Shown: positions 31,755 through 39,900 of the stretch, in pieces
Position numbering within the stretch: the first letter of the stretch is position 1
Layout: each line of letters opens with the position of its first letter
Assembly: GCA_964436335.1 (NCBI GenBank)
Contig: CAYTCD010000001.1
Coordinates: 1 to 52,203, forward strand
Reading direction: 5' to 3'
Length of the DNA stretch: 52,203 nt
Origin: an uncultured Bacteroidaceae bacterium
Lineage (GTDB): Bacteria; Bacteroidota; Bacteroidia; Bacteroidales; P3
Translations under genes and position numbers: made by a program
Notes under the pieces: model-generated
Database searches by the model: none
What the model saw: only the letters and a program-made list of their open reading frames with translations
What the model was told of the DNA's origin: nothing

Positions 31755-31802
31755 AACCTCAATTTTTTATATTATTCCGACCTGTCTCTAAACCATCGGA
31801 TA

Positions 31803-33443
31803 CTATAAATCGAACTTTGTTTCGGCCGGGGGGAAACGGCAACCTCTGAACCCAGACCAAGGATTGCGCCTGCCCTCGTTGGCGTTTACCTGCACCGACG
31901 CGGCATATTTGCGGTTGGAAATCTGGAAGCCTCTGAATCCCCCTCCTTTTTCTTCTGGCCAGCAGATAACCCCTGTATTGAAATCATCCACCTGGGCGAA
32001 GCCCCCATCGTCCAACACCCCGTCTCCGTCCTTAGGTATAAAGGAACGGCCTTCGGGTGTACTCACATTGATGCAACGCTCCCAAAGATTGTCGCTCATA
32101 TTCATGATTCCGAAATAGGTGGCACCGGCTTGGTCTCTCGAGGTGGAGTCTTTGGCAAAGGCCCCCACCCGCATCACCCAAGGCGCCTTACCTGTTTCTA
32201 ACTGGCAAGCGGCAGGATCCACAGCTTCTTCGTTAGGCAGACCGGCATTCTTGATTCCTCTTGCATTGGCGGAAATACCTGTCTGGTAACCCCAAGCCAT
32301 CCCTTTACGTAAAAATTGGTGTCCGCGGCAGGCTTTTTCGAATTCCATCTCGGTCATGGGGCGCAGGCAAGCCCAGTCAAGATAGGCCAAACCGTCGTTC
32401 CAATCAAGAAAATTGCAGGCGATATTGCCGCCGTTGTTTTCCATTTCCCATTGTTCGGCCGCAGCCCCTCCGCTGATGCTGTGTCCATATACGGCCCCTT
32501 TGGCCGGATACTCATCGGTTTCGGCCTCGGCCGGAATACGCACCCTTATATAGTTGCGGTATTGCAAAAAATTACTGGTGTAGGGAGCGGCATTGAAAGC
32601 CAAGGTGCCTTTGGCCGCATAGGGAGAAGTGGAAGTTCGCGAAGTTTGCTGTTCGGGCGTGAGGGTGTTGAGAAAGTCGGCATACCCGTGCTGGGTAATC
32701 TCGTATTTCATCATATACACCGCATTATAACCCTTGGGAAAAGTATCGGGAACGGCTGTCCCCAAATAGGTAATGCCTTTTTCTCCTGTTACCTTTCCCA
32801 TCCAGCTTGACTGATTGCTGGGAATGCTGGTTTTGATGATAAGATTGCTGCCATCCATATAGAGGGCGTTGTCGGAAGACCCATCGCCGATAATAAACTG
32901 ATTCTTGGGTACATACACCATCTCTATCGCATATACCGCCACCTGAAACAGGTCATCGTCCAGATAGTCATGATCGCGGTAATTGAATTGCAGGCGGATG
33001 TCTTCGATATAGTTGCTGCCGTTGCCTACCTCTTTGCGGTAAATAAAGAAGCCCGTGGTCTTTTCGCCGAAATCGGTCTGAGAGGTGGCGAATTCGCTCC
33101 ACATAGGTTCGTTGGCACTCCCGATGCTGTGCGGAGCGGCCATATAGGAACCGCCGCCGGTAGCCACAGGCCTGCCTTTTGCCGGAGAAAGATACACATG
33201 CCGCCATTGGCGGGTTTCGGCACTATAACATTTGGCAAACACCCATGCCGCATCCCAATTGCGATGCAGGCGATCTTTCCACGAATGGTCCCAGGAAAGT
33301 GTGAAACGGATATAGGCCATGCCCGTTGCCGTGTCGCGATCCTCCACCGAGACGGTATTTATCTGGATATTATTGCCCCTGACCGTTGTAAATACGCCCA
33401 AAAACAACAAACCACCTATCAATATTTTAATGAAACTTCTCAA
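31803..33443 (-). CDS. Secreted FGE/SUMF1-fold (FGE-sulfatase superfamily) protein, probably non-catalytic; paralogue of 33552..35444
   Basis: 546-aa ORF with signal peptide MRSFIKILIGGLLFLGVFTTVRG. FGE-domain landmarks are EMVYVPKNQFIIGDG, YMMKYEITQHGYADFLNTL, RPMTEMEFEKACRG, GATYFGIMNMSDNLWERC and a C-terminal SGFRGCRF. There is no CxxxxC catalytic pair. Confidence 0.88.
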   Translation of the reverse strand: MRSFIKILIGGLLFLGVFTTVRGNNIQINTVSVEDRDTATGMAYIRFTLSWDHSWKDRLHRNWDAAWVFAKCYSAETRQWRHVYLSPAKGRPVATGGGSYMAAPHSIGSANEPMWSEFATSQTDFGEKTTGFFIYRKEVGNGSNYIEDIRLQFNYRDHDYLDDDLFQVAVYAIEMVYVPKNQFIIGDGSSDNALYMDGSNLIIKTSIPSNQSSWMGKVTGEKGITYLGTAVPDTFPKGYNAVYMMKYEITQHGYADFLNTLTPEQQTSRTSTSPYAAKGTLAFNAAPYTSNFLQYRNYIRVRIPAEAETDEYPAKGAVYGHSISGGAAAEQWEMENNGGNIACNFLDWNDGLAYLDWACLRPMTEMEFEKACRGHQFLRKGMAWGYQTGISANARGIKNAGLPNEEAVDPAACQLETGKAPWVMRVGAFAKDSTSRDQAGATYFGIMNMSDNLWERCINVSTPEGRSFIPKDGDGVLDDGGFAQVDDFNTGVICWPEEKGGGFRGFQISNRKYAASVQVNANEGRRNPWSGFRGCRFPPAETKFDL

Positions 33444-33488
33444 TTTTGCTATTATTTAACATACCTTAGAAAGAGCATGAACAGAAAG

Positions 33489-33519
33489 ATATGTGAACCG
33501 ATAGAATCGGTCCACATAT
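33489..33519 (-). promoter_or_regulatory. Intercistronic RNA hairpin between the two FGE-like genes
   Basis: ATATGTGAACCGAT-aga-ATCGGTCCACATAT forms a 14-bp stem with a 3-nt loop. The single A-C mismatch on the forward strand becomes a U-G wobble on the reverse-strand transcript. No clear U-tract follows. Confidence 0.4.
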
Positions 33520-33551
33520 TCTTCCGTCTAAAATAGCAACGGCAATTAATT

Positions 33552-35444
33552 TTATTGTTTTGCCTTATCGGTACGCACACAACGAATACCCTTTAATCCG
33601 TAATAATTGTTAACGTAAGAACGGGTTGTCGGAACTTCCGAATGGTTCCAACGATAACGCGACGAAACCATACCAGCCAAAAGGTGGGGATGTGTAGCCA
33701 CTGGAAAATAAGTTGTATTTGTTGTAAAGAACATTCCCCGCGGAATAAAAATCTGCCAAGTTGTCCCCATCTTCAACCAATCTGTGTTGACAGCATCGCC
33801 ATTTCCATCCAAAAGCCCGCTACCGTGGGTTCCCACAAACAACCGACCCGGCGCATAAGCAACAGATATACACATTTCTGCCACATTATCACTCATATTC
33901 ATTACTCCCCAGTAACTAGCACCTGAAGCAGCCCTAGTAGTAGTTGAATCTGCAAAAATCCCTACACGGAGAGGCCCAATAAAGGAAGAATTTTGCCACC
34001 ACAACGCTGGTTGTTGATTCCACCATGAATATGTATTCCAATTAAGTCCTGCAACACCCGCATTATAAGAACCTCGAGGCCTTTCGGTTCCCGTAAGACC
34101 ATCATCCAAAGTGATATGTACATTCGAAAAGAACACTCTTGTTACAGACCCCCAAGTATATTCATCATTTACAGGTTCACGAGGACCACGGCAAGCTTTT
34201 TCATATTCCAATTCCGTCATGGGGCGAAGTCCCGAAAACTCGGCATAGGCCAATAAATCAAAAATTGTAACAAAATTCATTGCCACATCCTGACCATCAA
34301 GATTACGCGTAAGGGTTCGGCCCAAACATTTTCCCGTTGAGTCTTTGCCTCCGTCATAACAAATTTGATCAGTTTGATTATAATTGTTGTTATTATTCAT
34401 ATCACAACCAAACACCACAGTAGGTGCCGCCTGTTTTATCTTAATTCCATTTCTAAAATGCGTGGGAGACAACCATGCCGCATTCCCATATGGTCCATAA
34501 GCATAGCCATTTACCGTCAAAGAATTCAAATCATTATCTATACGCGTATTCTGTTGCCCTTGATTCAAGGTATTGAGAAACTCCACATAGGCTTCCTGTG
34601 TCATTTCGTATTTCATGATATAAAAAGCCTGATAACCTTTAGGAAAAGATCCCGGAATAACGCCGGCCACAATAGCATTTCCTTGTGCCCAAAGCGTATT
34701 GGTTGCCGCACTATTGGCCACCACAATAGAGTCTTCGCCCCTCACAACCATAGGTGTACCGAAAGTGGCACCATTGGTGGTAAAAGAACCCACTTGCCAA
34801 GCCGCCGTACCTTTCCCGCCCAAATAATAGGCACCTTTAGGCACATATACCATTTCCACCGCAAAGACCTTTACCACCAAATCATCGCCCGGTACAAAAC
34901 CTTGGCTACCATAATTCCATTTAAAAGTAACTCCCGGCACCACCACATGGCCGGCACCATAGTCTTTACGATATAAAAACCATCCCACAACACATCTCAC
35001 CGATTTTTCATCCGGATCCATCCGCCATTGCTTCCAAGCCATAGAATAACCCGGCTCCAGAACCATGGTTTGTTTAGTGTTTTTTCCTTCCCTATCAGAA
35101 ACATAATAGGTAGCATCTTTATTTACCGCATCCGTAGCTTTCGTGCTTCCTGGAATCGCACCGGCCGAATCCAAATAAACGTGATTCCAAGCCTCTCCAT
35201 CCCAACACTTTACAAAAATCCAGGCCGCATCGTGGTTCTCGGGCTTGGTGGTTTTCCAACTGTTGTCCCACGCGATATCAAACTTAATCTGAATCGTTTT
35301 TTTAAGCGTATCTTCATTCGCCAAAACCGGTTTTCCGATAATACGGATGTTGTTGGCCGATACATACGTAAACAGGGACAAACCCAGCATACAGAAGAGA
35401 CACAATGTGCGGAACGCACGTGTCGAAAGGCTGTTTATTTTCAT
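33552..35444 (-). CDS. Secreted FGE/SUMF1-fold (FGE-sulfatase superfamily) protein, probably non-catalytic; paralogue of 31803..33443
   Basis: 630-aa ORF with signal peptide ending ...LFTYVSA. Landmarks are EMVYVPKGAYYLGG, YIMKYEMTQEAYVEFLNTL, RPMTELEYEKACRG, GASYWGVMNMSDNVAEMC, SSRYRWN and GIRCVR. It shares an N-terminal domain with the 546-aa protein (NNI.I...WD.SWK...DAAW.F.KC...W.HVYL). Confidence 0.88.
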   Translation of the reverse strand: MKINSLSTRAFRTLCLFCMLGLSLFTYVSANNIRIIGKPVLANEDTLKKTIQIKFDIAWDNSWKTTKPENHDAAWIFVKCWDGEAWNHVYLDSAGAIPGSTKATDAVNKDATYYVSDREGKNTKQTMVLEPGYSMAWKQWRMDPDEKSVRCVVGWFLYRKDYGAGHVVVPGVTFKWNYGSQGFVPGDDLVVKVFAVEMVYVPKGAYYLGGKGTAAWQVGSFTTNGATFGTPMVVRGEDSIVVANSAATNTLWAQGNAIVAGVIPGSFPKGYQAFYIMKYEMTQEAYVEFLNTLNQGQQNTRIDNDLNSLTVNGYAYGPYGNAAWLSPTHFRNGIKIKQAAPTVVFGCDMNNNNNYNQTDQICYDGGKDSTGKCLGRTLTRNLDGQDVAMNFVTIFDLLAYAEFSGLRPMTELEYEKACRGPREPVNDEYTWGSVTRVFFSNVHITLDDGLTGTERPRGSYNAGVAGLNWNTYSWWNQQPALWWQNSSFIGPLRVGIFADSTTTRAASGASYWGVMNMSDNVAEMCISVAYAPGRLFVGTHGSGLLDGNGDAVNTDWLKMGTTWQIFIPRGMFFTTNTTYFPVATHPHLLAGMVSSRYRWNHSEVPTTRSYVNNYYGLKGIRCVRTDKAKQ

Positions 35445-35734
35445 AACTCTTTAGTTTATAAATTCTTACACTATACAAAAAGTGCCTTTCACACTTTTTA
35501 TGAACCGCTAAGGTACTTATTTTTACACTTTCTGCAAAAAATGTTAGTATCTATTTCTCAAAAAAAAATTTCAACCTTGCATTGTTGATTCTTTTTGCCT
35601 ATAATTCGCAGGAGAAATAAAACCAAAGAGAGAAGCAAGCTTTCTTGAACGGAAAAACAAAGACAGAAACCCTTTTTACGGGAAAGAATAGAGTGTCCTT
35701 CAGATATATTTTTATTAATATAATAAAGACGTTG

Positions 35735-35774
35735 AAATAAAAAAATGCGCACCCTTGCCCATACAAGGGTGCGC
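35735..35774 (-). terminator. Rho-independent terminator of the DUF3078-like gene
   Basis: On the reverse-strand RNA the sequence is GCGCACCCTTG-TATGGG-CAAGGGTGCGC, a perfect 11-bp GC-rich stem, followed by ATTTTTTTATTT. It starts 11 nt after the stop at 35785. Confidence 0.8.
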
Positions 35775-35784
35775 ATCGCATCAA

Positions 35785-36741
35785 CTACAGTACAACTGAT
35801 TGTTTCTTTGATTTCTGCTGAAAAGTGTAACCGATGCCGATGGTGAGCAGTTCCCGGAACTGCACCTTGGGACCGCCTGGCGTTCCGTCTTTGCGGACGG
35901 ATTGAACCTTGTCGTCGTATTTGAGTGTGAAGCCGATACCGGCCGTAAACACGCTGTTGATGGCCATCTCAAGCCCCACGTTCCAATCCACCACGATATT
36001 GCCGAAGTCTTTGTTGTAAGGCGTAAAGAATACGGCATCCGACTTGAGAAACATGTTTTTCCAGAAATTCCATCTCAGGCTTGCGTTGAGCGTCATACCC
36101 AATTCAAACAGCACGTGGCTGCCCGAATCCACGCCGAAAGCCCCTTTACGGGAAAGGTTATCGTCCATCACAAAGGTGGTGCGTCCCGAAAGCGGAGCCA
36201 GATATACCGAAACCAGCGTCTTGTATTTATATTCCACACCGACCGAAGTGTTGAGATAGCCCGGGGCGAAGATGGCCGATATGTAGTTTACCCCTTCTTC
36301 TTTGGCCCGCCAACGCTTGCGGTCGTCGGCCTTCTCGAAGCCGAGGTCGTATTGGGTTTCCAAACTTGCAAAAGCAGTGGCGTAGAAGTCGCTCTGGGCT
36401 ATGGCATAACCGTAGCGGGTTGACAAAAGCAGATTATCTACCGTTTTATTCAGGCCGTTGGTCTTGTTATAGATCAAACCGTATTCGGTCTTGAGATTGG
36501 TTTCCCATTTATGGCCTTGATGCAGATAAACCAATTTCATATCCAACTTGCCGTTGCCTGAAAGCGAGCTCTCCCCCCCTGCCGACCAATTGACCAAAGC
36601 GGCCTGGGCAAAGTTGATGCCGCCCGCAAAATCGAAAGTCCAGCGGCTCACCGAATCCTTTGCCACGTCTTCCGCTTTGGCAAATAAGGGAAAAGACAGT
36701 AAAAGCACTGCAAAAAAACAAAGTTTGTTCAGTGTTTTCAT
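35785..36741 (-). CDS. Outer-membrane beta-barrel-like protein, resembles the DUF3078 family
   Basis: 318-aa ORF with signal peptide MKTLNKLCFFAVLLLSFPLFA. It contains GGINFAQAALVNWSAGGESSLS and alternating aromatic/Gly beta-strand patterns, and has its own terminator. Confidence 0.8.
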   Translation of the reverse strand: MKTLNKLCFFAVLLLSFPLFAKAEDVAKDSVSRWTFDFAGGINFAQAALVNWSAGGESSLSGNGKLDMKLVYLHQGHKWETNLKTEYGLIYNKTNGLNKTVDNLLLSTRYGYAIAQSDFYATAFASLETQYDLGFEKADDRKRWRAKEEGVNYISAIFAPGYLNTSVGVEYKYKTLVSVYLAPLSGRTTFVMDDNLSRKGAFGVDSGSHVLFELGMTLNASLRWNFWKNMFLKSDAVFFTPYNKDFGNIVVDWNVGLEMAINSVFTAGIGFTLKYDDKVQSVRKDGTPGGPKVQFRELLTIGIGYTFQQKSKKQSVVL

Positions 36742-36780
36742 TTTTAAACCGTTGTTTATGTTTTACAAATTTTTGCGCCG

Positions 36781-36788
36781 CAAAATTA
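36781..36788 (-). promoter_or_regulatory. Possible Bacteroidota -7 box (TAATTTTG on the reverse strand) for the DUF3078-like gene
   Basis: Forward CAAAATTA equals reverse TAatTTTG, and lies 40 nt upstream of the ATG at 36741. No clear -33 TTTG was found. Confidence 0.3.
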
Positions 36789-36889
36789 ATATATTTTGAA
36801 ATGCTTCGTTAAAGACACTCCGTCTCGGCAAAAGACAACGTGCCGAGGCTTGCCGGCATCCATATCCGGCAGCGCATAATTCAAGCGAA

Positions 36890-36922
36890 TTTGGCTTTTG
36901 CGATCGACTTTCCGTATCTTTG
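36890..36922 (+). promoter_or_regulatory. Possible Bacteroidota sigma-A promoter (-33 TTTG, 21-nt spacer, -7 TAtcTTTG) for the T9SS cargo gene
   Basis: TTTG lies at 36890-36893 and TATCTTTG at 36915-36922, 58 nt upstream of the ATG at 36980. This matches the TTTG-N19-21-TAnnTTTG consensus. Confidence 0.4.
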
Positions 36923-36979
36923 TAACTCTGTAGGAGTTCTTATTTATTTTTTAACCAAGAAAAAAAACACCAAGCGGGT

Positions 36980-39900
36980 ATGAAAACTTTGCGTGTAAAA
37001 AACTGGATTGTTTTTTGTTGTTCCCTTTTCCTTTCGTGGCAGCTTACCGCCCAAAACTTGCCTATCGCCACCTTTCCCTACCAAGCCGATTTCGGTACGG
37101 AAACCGCGCCCGGCAACTATAATTCGGCCTGGAAATTTTACGCCATTGGCACATCCATGAACAAAACCGTGAGCAATTCATGGTCTTTTGCCACACAGCC
37201 CGATCAAACCGATCTCGCCCCCTGTTTCAAGAAAGAATCCGAGTTCATTCCATCTGCCTTCACGCCTTATTTCAGCATGGAGAAAAGCGCCGCTGTTTCT
37301 TACACGCTTACCGTCTCCTATCTGGTTCCTCAAGACGGCACATTAAATGGAGATAATCTGACCGTGAGAATCACCGCTGTCGGAAATGACAATGAACCGT
37401 TTTTTTCTACCGCCTTCCTGCAAGGCTTTCAAAATCAGGAAATCACAGACAATGGAAAAACAGTGAGCGTTTTGCTTAGAAAACATATTCCCGATGAGTT
37501 GAAGGTTGGCCTCTCCACCTACACTTATACCATTTCGTCCGACCAGATTCCGCAAAACGGCAATTATTGCTTTTCCTTTCATGTGGGTCTTGCCGCAAAA
37601 TCAAACACCAAATCCGGTACCGAAATCTATATCGAAAGCCTGAAGGTAGAAAAGAAAGAGGGCATGGATTTGGCCGCAGGTCAGATAAAAAGCCCCTATT
37701 CGGCTGTGAATGCGGGCACACTGCCTGTAACAGCCTTTGTTCACAACATAAACGCAGCCCCGATAAACGAATTCACCGCCGCCTATCAGATAGACGACCG
37801 GCCGGCCGTACGGCAGAACTTTACCGATATGGCGCTTAAAGGCGGAGAAATCCGGGCCATTACCTTCAGCACCTACCCCGATCTGGGGCAGGGCGACCAT
37901 CGGGTTCGTTTCTGGATAGAGTCTGATAACGATCCCAATCCTTTAAACGATACTTCAATGGTGTATTGTGTGCGGGCGGGCCAAAACGCGGTGGCTTCTA
38001 TTCCCGCCACGTTTGATTTCTACGAAAAGTCTCAATACGGTTGGGCTGCCTACAGCGACTCCGTTTACACCGCTCCTTTCTGGACTTTTGTAAAAGACAA
38101 CGACCACACTTATCCCTACACTTCTACCGAAAAAGAAAACCGGGTAAAGAACCACGATTATTTGGTGAGCCCGCTCTTACAGATGGGAGCCGAAAAGGTG
38201 TACAGAATAGAGTTTGCCTATAAGGCGGTACTTGCCCCCAACATGCCTATGGGAGAAAAATCGCTTTCTCTGTTGCTGTGTAACGGAATTGACCGCATCT
38301 CGGTTACAACTGCCAACAAGGTTATCTGGCGTAGCGAAAGATTCGACGACAACGGGGAGCGGACCATTGTACTCTATTATCACTCCCCTTCCGAACAAAA
38401 TCTGGCATTGGTGTTTCTTTCCGACGGACCTTTTTCGGAAGGCGGCCTGCAGATCCGCCGGCTTTCGGTAAAGGAAGCCGAAACCAACCAGGTGGACTTC
38501 TTTCATGATTTTGAAGCGGCCACAGTGGATCAGGCCCGGAACAACACCCTTGGCGTAATGGATTTTGTGGATCAAGACGGTGTCATGGGATATGGAAAAA
38601 CCGGAAACTGGCAGATAGACAACAATCACATGGGATACAACAACAGCGAATATTCACTGCGTTCTCCGGGGGTCTATAATCCCGAAAGCAAAAACGGAAA
38701 GACCAACGACTGGCTGATACTCAAACCCTTCAGATTAAATGCCGATACCGATTACTATCTTGTTTTCCAAACCAAAATGAGCGATCAGAAAACCGGTTCT
38801 ATAGAAATATATGTGGGAGAAGACGCACCACGCTATGATTTGGATTTTGAACAACAGACAGGACAAAAATGGCAGGTATCTTTTAAAAGGTTGAATTTCG
38901 ACACCATACGGCGGGTTTTCAGCGTAGCCAAAAGCGGACTTTATACAGTAGCCATCCGCAATACGACCGATGTGAAACCGGACGCAGGAGACTTTCAGGA
39001 AGGGGATGCGGAAAAGCATTTTACACTTTACATCGACAATATCTCCCTTACCGCTTCCGAACGCCATTCCGTACAGGCCTTTTCGGCAACGGTTCCCTAC
39101 GAAGCTTCTTTGGGACAGACTGTTAGCCTGAGCATGAATGTGAGGAACCATGCGTGGACAACAATTCCGAAAGAAAACATCACCTTTTGCTATCAGGTGG
39201 ACAACGCGGCAGTGTGCCGGGAAAAGTCCACAACAGATATCGCAGCCCGATATACCGCTTCCTACATGTTCAACACACGTGCGGATTTTAGCGGCAACAT
39301 GAGTCAGAAAGTGAAGTTTTGGGTGGAAACAACCGGGGCAAACGATCCTATCGATACCCTATATATCCTTGTAAACAAAATCATTCCTTCTGAATTGCCG
39401 TTTGTAGAAAATTTTTCGGAAGAATCCTGGGAAAAATGGCAAGTGTATCCCGCCTCGCGCTCGGTCTGGAGGCTGACGCACGGCACGGCAACGGCCCATT
39501 CAGGCGAATGGGCGTTGAAATGCGGCGGCGGTAACGCAACCGTAAACGATTATGCGGTAACCCCCTTGTTGAAAGTGGAAAAGGATAAGACCTACCGTAT
39601 TTCGTTTTTCTATAAAAGAGATGAGGCTTCGGCCAATCAAAAAGACAGTGTGAGCCTTTATTATGAATACAACCGCTACGACCAAACGGGATTCCGCAAC
39701 AATCTGCATGTTTTCAAAAACATGAGCCAAAACGACTACACCTATTGCGAAGCCTTTGTGCATTTTCCCGATGCAGGCAACGTGTTTATCGGACTCAAAG
39801 CCGATCTGTCGGCACAGTCTTCGGCCCTGTATATCGATGATTTTGCGATATTAGACAGTACGCAAACACAATACACCAGTTTTTCTCTTTCCGGTCTTAC

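Noticed and set aside
31754-31805. Possible read-through or fusion of the 546-aa gene with the giant ORF, because both are in the same reverse phase (2 mod 3).
   Set aside because: Besides the TAG at 31803-31805, two further in-frame stops (TAG 31788-31790 and TAA 31767-31769) lie in the 48-nt spacer. The shared phase appears coincidental.
31803-35444. A diversity-generating retroelement target, because FGE/C-type-lectin-fold proteins are classic DGR variable proteins.
   Set aside because: The window has no reverse transcriptase ORF. I could find no template-repeat copy of either gene's 3' end. The two C-termini are not related by adenine-specific differences.
31803-35444. Active formylglycine-generating enzymes that modify cysteines of the Cys-rich giant protein.
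   Set aside because: Both proteins lack the CxxxxC catalytic pair at the position preceding the RYR-equivalent. I also noticed no CxPxR sulfatase-type target motifs while translating the giant ORF. An enzymatic role remains formally possible but is unsupported.
35477-35499. An 8-bp AU-rich inverted repeat (AAAAAGTG-cctttca-CACTTTTT) 33-55 nt upstream of the 630-aa gene start, considered as an operator, terminator or invertible-promoter end. I also searched 35445-35734 for TAnnTTTG.
   Set aside because: The stem is short and weak, no partner repeat flanks a promoter-sized segment, and no exact TAnnTTTG box exists on the reverse strand of this spacer. The cassette promoter therefore remains unidentified.
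35558-35784. Small reverse ORFs 35558..35776 (72 aa) and 35599..35784 (61 aa) in the spacer upstream of the cassette.
   Set aside because: They overlap each other and the intrinsic terminator hairpin (35735-35774). They lie in AT-rich intergenic sequence and encode low-complexity Phe/Leu/Lys-rich peptides.
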